Under the pieces are notes generated by a model. It was not told where the DNA came from, made no database searches, and was given only the letters and a program-made list of their open reading frames with translations. DNA of 64,000 bases from Pseudobdellovibrionaceae bacterium (GTDB taxonomy: Bacteria; Bdellovibrionota; Bdellovibrionia; Bdellovibrionales; JAMPXM01). Location: contig CANHQR010000007.1 in NCBI GenBank assembly GCA_947462815.1, positions 8,769 through 72,768 of the forward strand, read 5' to 3'. The position numbers and the translations under genes were made by a program. Positions 28,929 to 37,892 of the stretch are shown piece after piece. Position 1 is the stretch's first letter; every line of letters begins with the position of its first letter.

Positions 28929-29827
28929 AACAGGCCTCCCGAGCGAAGATGTTGATCCATCACTCCCCGGTGCGAGGGATCGAGCTCCATCAGCGGCAAG
29001 CGCAGTTCCGCCGACCGCAGGATTCCCATCTTCCACAACGCATACTTCACAGGGATCGGATTGGCTTCGCAGTAGAGGTGCGAGTTGAGACCGGCGTACT
29101 TTTCATCGAAGCGGCGCTGGGCGCCGACGGCGTCTCCGCTGACCGCATTCTCCAAAAGTTGAGTGAACTCGCGCGGAATCAAATGTGAAATCACAGAAAT
29201 CACACCTCGCCCACCCACTCCCGCCAAAGATAGGGCTGTGCCATCGTCGCCTGAACTCAACAGCAGCTGTGTTTGCTGAGCGATTTGTTGGCCAAACTTA
29301 AGATCCCCGCTCGCTTCCTTGATCGCCACGATACCTGGCACGCGACTCAGTTCCACGATACTCTCGAGCGATAGCGCCGTGATCGTCCGCGAGGGCACAT
29401 TGTAGAGAATAATGGGCAAGTCGCTCGCCTGCGCGACAGCGCGAAAATGTGCGACCAAACCTCGTTGAGGAGGCTTGTTGTAGTAAGGAACGACGACAAG
29501 AGCCGCATTCGCACCCCACTCTCGCGCCGCGCGCGTCGCCGAGATCGTATCGGAGGTGCTGTTGCTGCCGGTTCCCATCACAAGCGGAACAGCCGAGGAC
29601 ACTTCCGATTTAATGAAAGCGAAGAGCTTCTGTTTTTCTTCAATGCTTAACGTTGGGCTTTCAGCTGTCGTTCCGCCCACGACCAGTCCCTGTACGCCTC
29701 CATCGAGTTGAAATCGCACAAGCTTTCGAAGGGAGTCCCAATCGATATCGCCACCAATAAAGGGGGTGACCAGAGCCGTGAACACGCCTTGAAGTTGGTG
29801 ACGGGATGTCGAAGCGGATTGAGTCAT
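28925..29827 (-). CDS. dapA: 4-hydroxy-tetrahydrodipicolinate synthase
   Basis: GVFTALVTPF...GLVVGGTTAESPTLS and the active-site Lys region IVAIKEASG are present. ATG 29827 is preceded by GGAG. Confidence 0.9.
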   Translation of the reverse strand: MTQSASTSRHQLQGVFTALVTPFIGGDIDWDSLRKLVRFQLDGGVQGLVVGGTTAESPTLSIEEKQKLFAFIKSEVSSAVPLVMGTGSNSTSDTISATRAAREWGANAALVVVPYYNKPPQRGLVAHFRAVAQASDLPIILYNVPSRTITALSLESIVELSRVPGIVAIKEASGDLKFGQQIAQQTQLLLSSGDDGTALSLAGVGGRGVISVISHLIPREFTQLLENAVSGDAVGAQRRFDEKYAGLNSHLYCEANPIPVKYALWKMGILRSAELRLPLMELDPSHRGVMDQHLRSGGLL

Positions 29828-29856
29828 AACGCACTCCAGATCTTGAGGGGCGATTG

Positions 29857-30675
29857 TCACTCAAGATGCTTGAAGCGACCTTCGAAGACAAGTCGAGCCG
29901 GTCCGATCAAAACAAGTTCCCGCGGAAAGCTGTGACTATGGACTTCCAGCGAAGCGGAAGGACAAAGCAAGGGTCGAATTTTCACACCCGCAACGGGCCA
30001 AACACGACCTTCAAGAGCGCCGCTGGCGACGACGGCCGCAGCCAACATTCCGGTACCGCACGAGAGTGTGAAATCTTCCACGCCTCGCTCAAAGGTCGCC
30101 ACCTCGACGACATCACCCACCACTCGAGCGTAGGTGACATTGGTCCCATCAACGCCCGCCTCTTTGGGAAATCGGTGCGACCGTGCGGCTCGACGGAGAG
30201 CTTCGTCGACCTCAAAACTCTCCGTTTTTAGGACGACAAAGTGAGGAACCCCTGTGTTGAGGAGCTGACCCATTTGGCCATTAGAAGTCACATCCAACTT
30301 GTTCAGGGGACGATGAGTGTAGTCGAGTTGAGCGCTCCAATGCCCACCACTGGCGCGATCTAAAACCACTTCGCCAAAGCTCGTTCGAAGCAAATGCGGA
30401 AACTGAACTCCTCGGTCCGCCAACCAAGCCGCTGCAGCCCGAGCCGCGTTTCCACACATTTCGGCCTTTGAAGCATCGCGGTTGAAAAACTCCCAGCTCG
30501 ATTCGGTGGGAGACTGTTGGTGCATGCGTACGAGTCCATCGGCACCGATGCCAAAGACTCGATCGCACCACGTTCGAATTTCCTCAGGCGTCGGGGTCGA
30601 CCAAGACTTCGCATCGAGAAAAATGAAATCGTTGCCTGCCGCTTCAAGCTTAGCGAACTGACGATTCAGCATCAT
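29857..30675 (-). CDS. dapF: Diaminopimelate epimerase
   Basis: FAKLEAAGNDFIFLD is present, with the two catalytic Cys motifs (EMCGNAARA and LSCGTGMLAA). Confidence 0.9.
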   Translation of the reverse strand: MMLNRQFAKLEAAGNDFIFLDAKSWSTPTPEEIRTWCDRVFGIGADGLVRMHQQSPTESSWEFFNRDASKAEMCGNAARAAAAWLADRGVQFPHLLRTSFGEVVLDRASGGHWSAQLDYTHRPLNKLDVTSNGQMGQLLNTGVPHFVVLKTESFEVDEALRRAARSHRFPKEAGVDGTNVTYARVVGDVVEVATFERGVEDFTLSCGTGMLAAAVVASGALEGRVWPVAGVKIRPLLCPSASLEVHSHSFPRELVLIGPARLVFEGRFKHLE

Positions 30676-30956
30676 GGAGTACCCTCGGTTCGCGGCCTTG
30701 CGCCCGTAGGGGTCGGTGACGGCGAAACGCTCGGCTGCAGTTCGGCACCCGTGCGCTTATAGGTCGGCGCACCTCGACCAATTTCAGGCGGTCGCAGAGG
30801 GGGTAGGGGCTTACCTTTGACTCCACATGCGGACGACATAAGAAGCAAGCTCGCCACGCAAATCAAAGGCCCACAGCCTAAGATCCCAAACAAGCGGAAG
30901 TGAGCGCAGGGGCCGATCGTGTGGATCTGAAGTTTGCGCCGTGATCTAGCTATCAT
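30672..30956 (-). CDS. Small lipoprotein resembling LptM/YifL (start uncertain)
   Basis: The hydrophobic stretch ends in a lipobox-like SSAC followed by GVKGKPLPPLRPPE and a Pro/Ser/Thr-rich tail. This matches the E. coli YifL/LptM pattern ...LTGCGLKGPLYFPP, and the gene has the same position directly upstream of dapF. The track ORF extends to 31034. Confidence 0.45.
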   Translation of the reverse strand: MIARSRRKLQIHTIGPCAHFRLFGILGCGPLICVASLLLMSSACGVKGKPLPPLRPPEIGRGAPTYKRTGAELQPSVSPSPTPTGARPRTEGTP

Positions 30957-30990
30957 GTTTGACCAATTGCCTTCGAAGTCATTCGTCTGT

Positions 30991-31017
30991 GGCGTTCGTG
31001 GCGTCCGTGGCGTTCGT
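30991..31017. repeat. 9-nt tandem repeat x3 (GGCGTYCGT)
   Basis: ggcgttcgt ggcgtccgt ggcgttcgt, with degenerate flanking copies. It encodes PRTPRTPRTP if the long version of the LptM-like ORF is translated. Confidence 0.8.
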
Positions 31018-31052
31018 GGAATCATGAGCGACATCGTCCTGCGTGAAAGAGT

Positions 31053-32057
31053 TCAGGGCTTCTGTTCAATATCTTTGAGCTCAATTTCCACTCTCTCGAC
31101 TTGCCCGCAAAACTCAGGATCAAGTTCATACTTAGCTCGCCGACGAGGCGACAAGTCCGTACACGTGGAAATGTATTTCCGACCGGCGTTCGCGTCACTC
31201 TTTACAGCATCCGAGGCTCCAGCCATCTCTTGATTCGCTTCGCCTGCCTTTTGATCGACGGTTCGAGATGCTCGCCACTTGGCCCACCATAGCTCGGGAT
31301 CTTGCGGGTCAATCGCTTCCCAAGCGGAGATGGCCGCCTGTGCAGCTTTAAGATCGCGGCGTCGAATGGCATCGCGGAAGACAAGGCGCTTGATAAAAAT
31401 CTCAAAGGGTATCAACTCAGGACTTTGCGGCGGCCTGAAGGGCTGACTGGCAGCTTCTTGTTCCCATGCGCAGAACTGCTGCTGGAGCTGGAGAAGCTGG
31501 ACTTCGGCCGATAGGGCCGAGGGCTCAACGCGCTCGATGGCGGCAAGGGCCTGCACCTCCCGCTTCGCTCGAGCACAATCTCGGAGCCGCAAGAGGGCTC
31601 GCGCTGTCAGTTGGGCGACGAGTGAGTTGCCCTTCTCCGCCGCTTGAGCCGACTCTAGGGCCTGTATGGCATCTCGCGGCTTTTGTAGCCATAAGCTCGT
31701 CGCCAGAGAGTATTGAGCCTGACCCCGCTCCGTAAGGAATATTTCGCGCGCCTCGCGAATCGCCGACAGGATTTCCTGGCGCTGGGCCCGAGACAGCGAG
31801 GCGGCTTTGGGGGTCGAAGAATTGCGCACGGTGAGCGCCTTTGCATTCGACGACGTCGATCCGGCCAAGGTCTGCATGAGTGCCTGGAGCGCTCCGGCTC
31901 GATCGTTCTTTAAGAGTAGCTCGCGCGATTTGGTTACGGCTGGTATTTCGGCAGACGCTGAATCGATCGGCATCATGCAGATCAAAACAATAGAGGCTGT
32001 CAGGGCGACAGCCTCTCCAAGGAATCTCTGGTTTATTTTTACGAAGCTCAGTTTCAT
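31053..32057 (-). CDS. Secreted helical-repeat (TPR-like) protein of unknown function
   Basis: Signal peptide begins at ATG 32057 (MKLSFVKINQRFLGEAVALTASIVLICMMPIDSASA). The body is Ala/Leu/Gln-rich and helical, and the C-terminus holds two Cys residues. No family recognised. Confidence 0.5.
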   Translation of the reverse strand: MKLSFVKINQRFLGEAVALTASIVLICMMPIDSASAEIPAVTKSRELLLKNDRAGALQALMQTLAGSTSSNAKALTVRNSSTPKAASLSRAQRQEILSAIREAREIFLTERGQAQYSLATSLWLQKPRDAIQALESAQAAEKGNSLVAQLTARALLRLRDCARAKREVQALAAIERVEPSALSAEVQLLQLQQQFCAWEQEAASQPFRPPQSPELIPFEIFIKRLVFRDAIRRRDLKAAQAAISAWEAIDPQDPELWWAKWRASRTVDQKAGEANQEMAGASDAVKSDANAGRKYISTCTDLSPRRRAKYELDPEFCGQVERVEIELKDIEQKP

Positions 32058-32148
32058 GTTTCTTCGCGAGCCTTCATGAGTCGTCTCGACTTTCGAAGTG
32101 TACAACTCACTTCAACATCTGCTCCGGCCGCAAAGCAACTCCGATCGC

Positions 32149-32799
32149 TCAGGGAGCGAAGTGCTTCGACGTCAGCTCGAGGCTGATCTTGCCCATTTGG
32201 CTGTCGGAAATTGTCTTCAACAAACCGTTGATCGGAACTTCTTTCGGATTCAACCAGGCTTCTTGAATCTGGTTGTTCTTTTTATCCTTCACCTTGGCAT
32301 AGATGGCATCGAAAGTGCCGGCCGGCACCGTAACGCGATCTTCTTTAGTTTCCAGAACTTCAATGTCGTTCTGATTAGGCAGCTGCTGCTCTTGGCCGTT
32401 GGCCAAAATCTTCTTAACTTGGCCGGTGGCCTTGTCATAAAGAATTTCGACCTTCTGCTGACCGAGGAAACCGAGATTCATATCTTGTTGGACCCAAATC
32501 TCAGAGCCATTGTCTTCGCGCACGTACATCTCGGCCGTGCCGTTGATGATTCCGCCGCTCATTTTATAGCTCGCCTTATCGCCCACCTTCCACTTCAGAG
32601 CCAAGGCTCTGACGTTACTAGCCGGGAGAATCACCAGGCTCTCGGTGAGAACCGGAATCGATGCTTGCGCCGCAGATGAGATGCTAACTGATGCAACAAG
32701 ACCCAACATCGCCGCAAATACGCGCTTCACTGGATTCGTTTTCGCGCTCATTTTCGCATTTATTTTCGCATTCGTTTTCACACTCATTTTTACGGCCAT
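32149..32799 (-). CDS. Secreted protein of unknown function with a repeat-expanded signal-peptide n-region
   Basis: A strong SD (AAGGAGG, 8 nt) precedes ATG 32799. The sequence runs MAVKMSVKTNAKINAKMSAKTNPVKR, then a hydrophobic core and AQA-S cleavage site, then a beta-rich mature part. Confidence 0.55.
   Translation of the reverse strand: MAVKMSVKTNAKINAKMSAKTNPVKRVFAAMLGLVASVSISSAAQASIPVLTESLVILPASNVRALALKWKVGDKASYKMSGGIINGTAEMYVREDNGSEIWVQQDMNLGFLGQQKVEILYDKATGQVKKILANGQEQQLPNQNDIEVLETKEDRVTVPAGTFDAIYAKVKDKKNNQIQEAWLNPKEVPINGLLKTISDSQMGKISLELTSKHFAP
32734..32793. repeat. 12-nt tandem repeat x5 (plus-strand consensus AYTCRTTTTCGC)
   Basis: attcgttttcgc gctcattttcgc atttattttcgc attcgttttcac actcatttttac. 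It encodes the 4-aa repeat [AV]K[MTI][SN] at the N-terminus of the 32149-32799 CDS. Confidence 0.8.
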
Positions 32800-33058
32800 G
32801 ACTTCGCCCTCCTTGAGCTGAACCGTCGCCGACATGGAGTCGGTAACTTCTGTGGTGAGCGCGCTGACGCCATTGGCCTCACCATGAGACTGGGGTGTCG
32901 TCGCGCCGAGAATGTGTTCATCATCCCACCGCCGAAGGTCCTGTCAACTGCGGCCCAAGTGAACACCCGCAATCCACCAACCAACAGCCAACCGCCAACC
33001 GGCGGTCGCGCCTGAGAGACAGCTCAAATCTTTATTCGGGATTTTTCCTAGACCTTTG

Positions 33059-35581
33059 TCAGGGTGATGGCATGGGTTGAACGAGAACTTGGCGAGGCTT
33101 AGAGCCATTGGCCGGGCCAACGACACCTTCGCGCTCAAAGGTATCAATCAGTCGACTGGCGCGCGGATACCCCAAGTTGAAGCGGCGTTGGAGTGCGGAT
33201 GTACTCACCGTCTTTTGCGAGGCCACCCATGCAAGAATTTGGTCGTACATCTCATCCTCGCCTTCGCCTTCGCCAAAGCCGCCCCCGCCATTGCCGGCGT
33301 AAGCACCACCCTGCGATTCTTCTCCGCCTTCGAGTGCTCGCATCGCCAGCTCATCAAATGCGGGCTGTCCCTGATCTCTCCAATGCTTCACGAGCTTTTC
33401 GATCTCGTCGTTGGTGAGCCACGGAGCATGGTGGCGTTGAGGTTTGGAAACTCCAGGAGCGAGGAACAACAAATCGCCCTTTCCCAACAGGCGCTCCGCT
33501 CCTCTCTCATCTAAAATAATTTTTGAGTCCAACAAGCTCGGGACTTTGAAACTCACGCGACCTGGAATGTTCGTTTTGATCAAACCGGTCACGACTTCCT
33601 TGCGGGGAGTTTGCATCGCCAAAATCAAGTGAATGCCAGCCGCGCGCGCCATCTGCGCTAATCTCACCACTCCTTTTTCTACGCGATCCTTGTCCACGGT
33701 CATCAAATCACCAAACTCTTCAATCACAAAGAGAACGTAGGGAATCGACTGGAAGTAGTACTGCTCATTGCGCTTGTTCTGGATCTCGAGGTCGGCGTTG
33801 ATTTGCGCGTGATTTTCAATTTCTTCTCGCGACAATTTTTCGACCTTCTCGTTAAATTCCTCGAGCTTTCGGGCCCCGAACCGATTGAAGCTTCGGTTTC
33901 GTTTCTCCATTTCTCGAACCGCCCAGTTCAAGGCCGCAACGGCCTTGCGCGCTTCCGTCAGCGGCGGCATCAGCAAGTGGGGAATGTCCGTGAAGAGCGT
34001 GAGATCGACTTGCTTGGGATCTACGAGGACCAGACGCAAAGTCTTCGGCGAGTGTCGAAATAAGAGTCCGGAGATACAGCTCACCGTAAACACGGACTTA
34101 CCCGAACCTGTTTGGCCAGCGACCATCATATGCGGCATGGTCCGCAGGTCGACGATTCGCGGAGTTCCGTCAACTTCCCGCCCCATGCAGAGGGGCAAAC
34201 TGAGATCTTTCGACCAAAACTTTTCATCGGCGATGATGTCTTTGAGGTAAACCGTCTCGCGGTGCTGGTTGGAAGTCTCAATGCCCACCACATCGCGACC
34301 GGGGATCGGCGCGATGATTCTGAGCGATTCCGCGGAGAGCGCCAAAGCCAGGTCATCCGCCTTTCCCGTGATTTTGGACAGTTCCACGTCGGCATTGGGG
34401 CGATATTCAAAGAGCGTCACAGCTGGTCCCGCTTTAGCTCCAGTCACTTCACCTTTGATGCCAAACATCGAGAGTTTATCGACGATCACTTTAGCTTTCT
34501 CTTCGATTTCGCGGCGATCGACTCGCACCCTCGATGCCGGCGGATCTTCAAGAACCGAAATAGCCGGAAGCTGCCAATTCTCGATGCGACGCTCGACCTT
34601 GGCTTTCAAACGCACGGCCCGTCGGCGATTCGATGCCGCCTCGGCTGGAGTTCCGCCTGCTGCAGGATTCAGTGAAGTATCGGCCTCGTCATCTCGGGCC
34701 AGATCAGGCTCTGCATCATCCTGCTGAGTCTCTGAGTTCTCCTTGAGAGAAAGAGGGCCCGCAGCTCGCGGCAGAGCCGCCTCGTCCTCCTGAGACTCCT
34801 TCGCAAGACCACGACGCTCGAGCAATCGCTCGAGAATGCCCGCGGACTTCGTCTCCTTCGCGTTAGGGCCAAAGATCTGGAGTCGCGACGTGCCCGAGTC
34901 CCCAGCCGATTCCGTCGCGGGCTCAGGCCAAGTGAAAATCTGCCCCGCATAGGACATCCAAGCCCCTAAAGCTCGTCGCAAGATACGACCGACTCCAACA
35001 GCGGCCGCAGCCAGATCCGATAGGCTTCTCTCCGAATAGAAGATCACCAGAACCGCAACCAGCGACCAAAGCAACAGACCGACACCTAAAGGATTGAAGA
35101 CGGCAACCAAGCCTTGAACGACAATACTGCCAATGGCTCCGCCTAAGGCGATTTGACTCTGATACAACTTGGCTTGCGGGCCATGAAGCGACAATAAAGA
35201 CGACAAAACCAACATCGCCGCCAAGCCCCAGGCAAGGCGCGAAGGCCATGGGGAAGCCTCGCGCTCTTGAAAGCGCAACCAGGACGAGCGCAAAGCGCCT
35301 ACGACTGTCAGCCATGCCCCTGCCCCGAAAGCCTGCAAAAGCAGATCGGACAGAAACGAGCCGAAGAGTCCACATGCATTGGCGATGGCACGACTGGAGC
35401 TCATCGCCCCCAGCGTGTTGAGCGAGGGGTCTGCCGGATGATAAGTGGCCAAGGCGGCGGCCAAAAACAGCGCGGCCCCGAGCCAAAGGATGCCAATGAC
35501 GTCGCGTTGGATCCGATTGGGTTTAGAGGCAAAACCACCGGTCTTTTTACCCGGCCTGATGGGGCTTTTCAGTGCTGACAT
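33059..35581 (-). CDS. ftsK: DNA translocase FtsK
   Basis: 840 aa. N-terminal multi-TM domain, acidic/Pro-rich linker, motor domain (MVAGQTGSGKSV, Walker B VLFVIEEF) and a C-terminal winged-helix gamma domain (STSALQRRFNLGYPRASRLID). Confidence 0.9.
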   Translation of the reverse strand: MSALKSPIRPGKKTGGFASKPNRIQRDVIGILWLGAALFLAAALATYHPADPSLNTLGAMSSSRAIANACGLFGSFLSDLLLQAFGAGAWLTVVGALRSSWLRFQEREASPWPSRLAWGLAAMLVLSSLLSLHGPQAKLYQSQIALGGAIGSIVVQGLVAVFNPLGVGLLLWSLVAVLVIFYSERSLSDLAAAAVGVGRILRRALGAWMSYAGQIFTWPEPATESAGDSGTSRLQIFGPNAKETKSAGILERLLERRGLAKESQEDEAALPRAAGPLSLKENSETQQDDAEPDLARDDEADTSLNPAAGGTPAEAASNRRRAVRLKAKVERRIENWQLPAISVLEDPPASRVRVDRREIEEKAKVIVDKLSMFGIKGEVTGAKAGPAVTLFEYRPNADVELSKITGKADDLALALSAESLRIIAPIPGRDVVGIETSNQHRETVYLKDIIADEKFWSKDLSLPLCMGREVDGTPRIVDLRTMPHMMVAGQTGSGKSVFTVSCISGLLFRHSPKTLRLVLVDPKQVDLTLFTDIPHLLMPPLTEARKAVAALNWAVREMEKRNRSFNRFGARKLEEFNEKVEKLSREEIENHAQINADLEIQNKRNEQYYFQSIPYVLFVIEEFGDLMTVDKDRVEKGVVRLAQMARAAGIHLILAMQTPRKEVVTGLIKTNIPGRVSFKVPSLLDSKIILDERGAERLLGKGDLLFLAPGVSKPQRHHAPWLTNDEIEKLVKHWRDQGQPAFDELAMRALEGGEESQGGAYAGNGGGGFGEGEGEDEMYDQILAWVASQKTVSTSALQRRFNLGYPRASRLIDTFEREGVVGPANGSKPRQVLVQPMPSP

Positions 35582-35789
35582 GTCACAAGTTTAGGGGCTC
35601 GCCGAGGACGTGGCGAGTCCGGGCCCCTCTAAAGGGCTGGAACCTTGACTTTCGTGCGGCTCGCGGCGACTTGGAAGCCTGCGGCAAGGCCGAGTTGACG
35701 CCGGGAGCCCGGCAAAGCCGCACGAGTAGGCCTGTTCGGAGACTCGACCCCAGTTCCAAGCCTGCCAATCAAAGAATGAGAGTCGATGA

Positions 35790-36437
35790 ATGAAAATCAA
35801 CGAAATCTTCTTCAGCATTCAGGGGGAGTCCTCATGGGTGGGCCAACCCACTGTTTTTGTGCGAACCTCGGGGTGTCATCTTCGTTGCCGTTACTGCGAC
35901 ACGACGTACGCCTTCTATGAAGGTCGCTCCATGTCTGTGGATGAAGTGGTGGAAAACGTGCAGATACATCCCACGCGCTACGTGTGCCTCACCGGGGGCG
36001 AACCTATGCTGCAAAGTGATACGCCTCTGCTTTTGCAGCGCCTTTGCGATCTCAATCTCAATGTTTCATTAGAGACTTCGGGCGGCTTGGATTGCACGGG
36101 GGTTGATCCGCGCGTGAAGCTAATCCTGGATGTTAAAACCCCGGATTCTGGCGCCGGCCACAGCTTTGACGAAAAAAATTTATCGCTGGCCGATGTCAAT
36201 AGGAAAAATCGGACAGAATTTAAATTCGTCATTTGCAGCGAATCCGACTTCGATTGGGCCGTCGACTTTGCCCAGCGCCACCAACTCTTTGAACGCGCTG
36301 AGGTTTTAATGTCCCCCGCGTTCCGCCGCGTCGACGCAAGATGGCTCGCAGAGAAAATTTTGTCGACGGGTTGCTTCGCGCGCTTGCAAACGCAACTTCA
36401 CAAGTCTATTTGGAGTCCCCACGTTCGCGGAGTTTGA
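35790..36437 (+). CDS. queE: 7-carboxy-7-deazaguanine synthase (radical SAM)
   Basis: MKINEIFFSIQGESSWVGQPTVFVRTSGCHLRCRYCDT is the typical QueE N-terminus with the CxxxCxxC cluster. Confidence 0.9.
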   Translation: MKINEIFFSIQGESSWVGQPTVFVRTSGCHLRCRYCDTTYAFYEGRSMSVDEVVENVQIHPTRYVCLTGGEPMLQSDTPLLLQRLCDLNLNVSLETSGGLDCTGVDPRVKLILDVKTPDSGAGHSFDEKNLSLADVNRKNRTEFKFVICSESDFDWAVDFAQRHQLFERAEVLMSPAFRRVDARWLAEKILSTGCFARLQTQLHKSIWSPHVRGV

Positions 36438-37061
36438 GTCGTCACGGTCTCGTGCGTTCCGTCGCTTGCGTCATTCACAGCGCCGGCACCGATCGGGATG
36501 ATTCTCAACACAACGTGCGAGAATCATGGGAGGCTTTGAAATAGGCCCCCCCGAAGTTCGACTTGCTTTCGAGAAAGCTCGCGAGACAGTGACAACGCAG
36601 GCTTTGTCCAATGCGGTTCTAAGTCAGTCTATTCTCACGGCCCAACTCATACCTAAAACTCATGGCCAATCTATTCGCTCAGGACTGAGGCCGAAAGGCA
36701 TGAACTGGCGCGCGTTGCGAACAAGTTTGTGAGCATACTCCAAGCGAAAAATTTTTCCGTCGCAGCACAAAAATTCTCGCTTCGAAATCGAGCAGAAATC
36801 GGTGACGTGGGGAGGAAGTTCTGTTAGTTTCCGGCGCTCGCTCGAACAACATCCCGAAGTCTTCAAGTTGCAAACCATGATGAAACTCGCGAATCCACGC
36901 GTAGATGCATCATCGATGCAACAAGAAGTTTCGAAGCTGGATCGAGTGAAACGACAGTAGGACTAAAAGCTGTGTCGAAAGATACAGTCGTAGTAGAAAA
37001 TAGGATCGCTTCGAGGGCGAAGCGAGAACGTCAACACTCTAAAAATGTTGGATCGAGGGGC

Positions 37062-37370
37062 ATGACACCGAATCTCAATTCTTCAGACAATCTCTTCGTT
37101 GCAAACCTCCAAGCTGTGAGCCTCGAAAAGCTCGTCAAGAGCAAGCTTGAGGTGCTCTTTCAACAACAGCGCGATGCGAATATCGAACTGTCGGGACTTT
37201 ATGACATCGTCCTCGAACAGGTAGAGAAACCCCTCATCGAACTTGCACTGATTTCTCGCAACGGAAATCAGGTCAAAACGGCGCAGTTGCTCGGTATCAA
37301 TCGAAACACACTAAAAAAGAAGATCGACAACTACAAGATTCGCGTAAAGCGCTCTTCGAAGGAGGGCTAA
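37062..37370 (+). CDS. Fis-family DNA-binding protein
   Basis: The C-terminal HTH LYDIVLEQVEKPLIELALISRNGNQVKTAQLLGINRNTLKKKIDNYKI aligns with E. coli Fis ([48 protein letters not shown]). ATG 37062 follows GAGGGG; the track ORF starts at GTG 36972. Confidence 0.7.
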   Translation: MTPNLNSSDNLFVANLQAVSLEKLVKSKLEVLFQQQRDANIELSGLYDIVLEQVEKPLIELALISRNGNQVKTAQLLGINRNTLKKKIDNYKIRVKRSSKEG

Positions 37371-37379
37371 GGCCCGCAT

Positions 37380-37416
37380 GGCTCGCTCGCATCCATCAGC
37401 GCGAGCTGAGCGAGCC
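37380..37416 (+). terminator. GC-rich hairpin downstream of the Fis-like gene (possible intrinsic terminator, no T-run)
   Basis: GGCTCGCTC ... GAGCGAGCC, 9-bp inverted arms, starting 10 nt after the stop codon. Confidence 0.4.
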
Positions 37417-37892
37417 ACACCTCATGAGGTCAATATTTCTTCTCATCAGGTCTTCTCACCAGCATTGACCATTGAGGACTCTATCCCCCCAGTTTTGTAG
37501 GCCGCGCGCGCAAGATCCGAATTGGAAGCGCGGCCAAAGTTCTAAACGCTGGTCTTCATAGACATGGAGCCAATAGTTTCAAGGTTTTAGAATCACTTCT
37601 CAGCACGTACATCAGCGGGTCATCACGCCACCACAAAGAACACCACAGGCCCGCACTTTGATTGCAAATTCGAGTCCCCGAAGAGAGTCGCCGAATCGAG
37701 CGAAGGGTCTGTCTGACGAGATCGCGAAGAGCAGGCTGGGCCGATGCGATGCCCTCGCGTTCGTGTTTTCGCGGGCTTACTGCGGGCCCTCCCGACAGAT
37801 TTTTTCTGTTGCGGACCCTCGGTGTATCGTTCCTAGGATAGGTGCAGGCTCGCTAGTTTGGGGATGTCGAGACGAGATCTTTGGAGAAGTGA

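Noticed and set aside
30991-31017. Short tandem repeats (9-nt x3 at 30991; 12-nt x5 at 32734; 6-nt x3 at about 41466-41483) as CRISPR-like arrays.
   Set aside because: The units are far too short, they are contiguous without spacers, and they are coding or 5'-proximal. They are simple microsatellite-type repeats.
35582-35789. Possible preQ1 riboswitch upstream of queE; there is a hairpin AGGGGCTCGCC...GGCGAG..GCCCCT followed by CTAAAGGG at about 35594-35640.
   Set aside because: The hairpin is much larger than the ~34-nt preQ1-I aptamer. The A-rich tail and conserved loop nucleotides are missing. It lies ~150 nt from the queE start, adjacent to the divergent ftsK start.
36526-36960. In-frame TGA at 36730-36732 as a selenocysteine or read-through codon.
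   Set aside because: No SECIS-like hairpin was recognised immediately downstream. Codon usage is weak, there is no redox motif around the TGA, and the product is not recognisable. A decayed or non-coding region is more likely.
37655-37680. tRNA/tmRNA-like T-loop fragments: AAATTCGAGTCCCC at 37667-37680 and GGTCAAATCCC at about 39396-39406.
   Set aside because: There are no complementary T-stem arms, no acceptor stem and no anticodon arm around them. No tRNA cloverleaf can be drawn.
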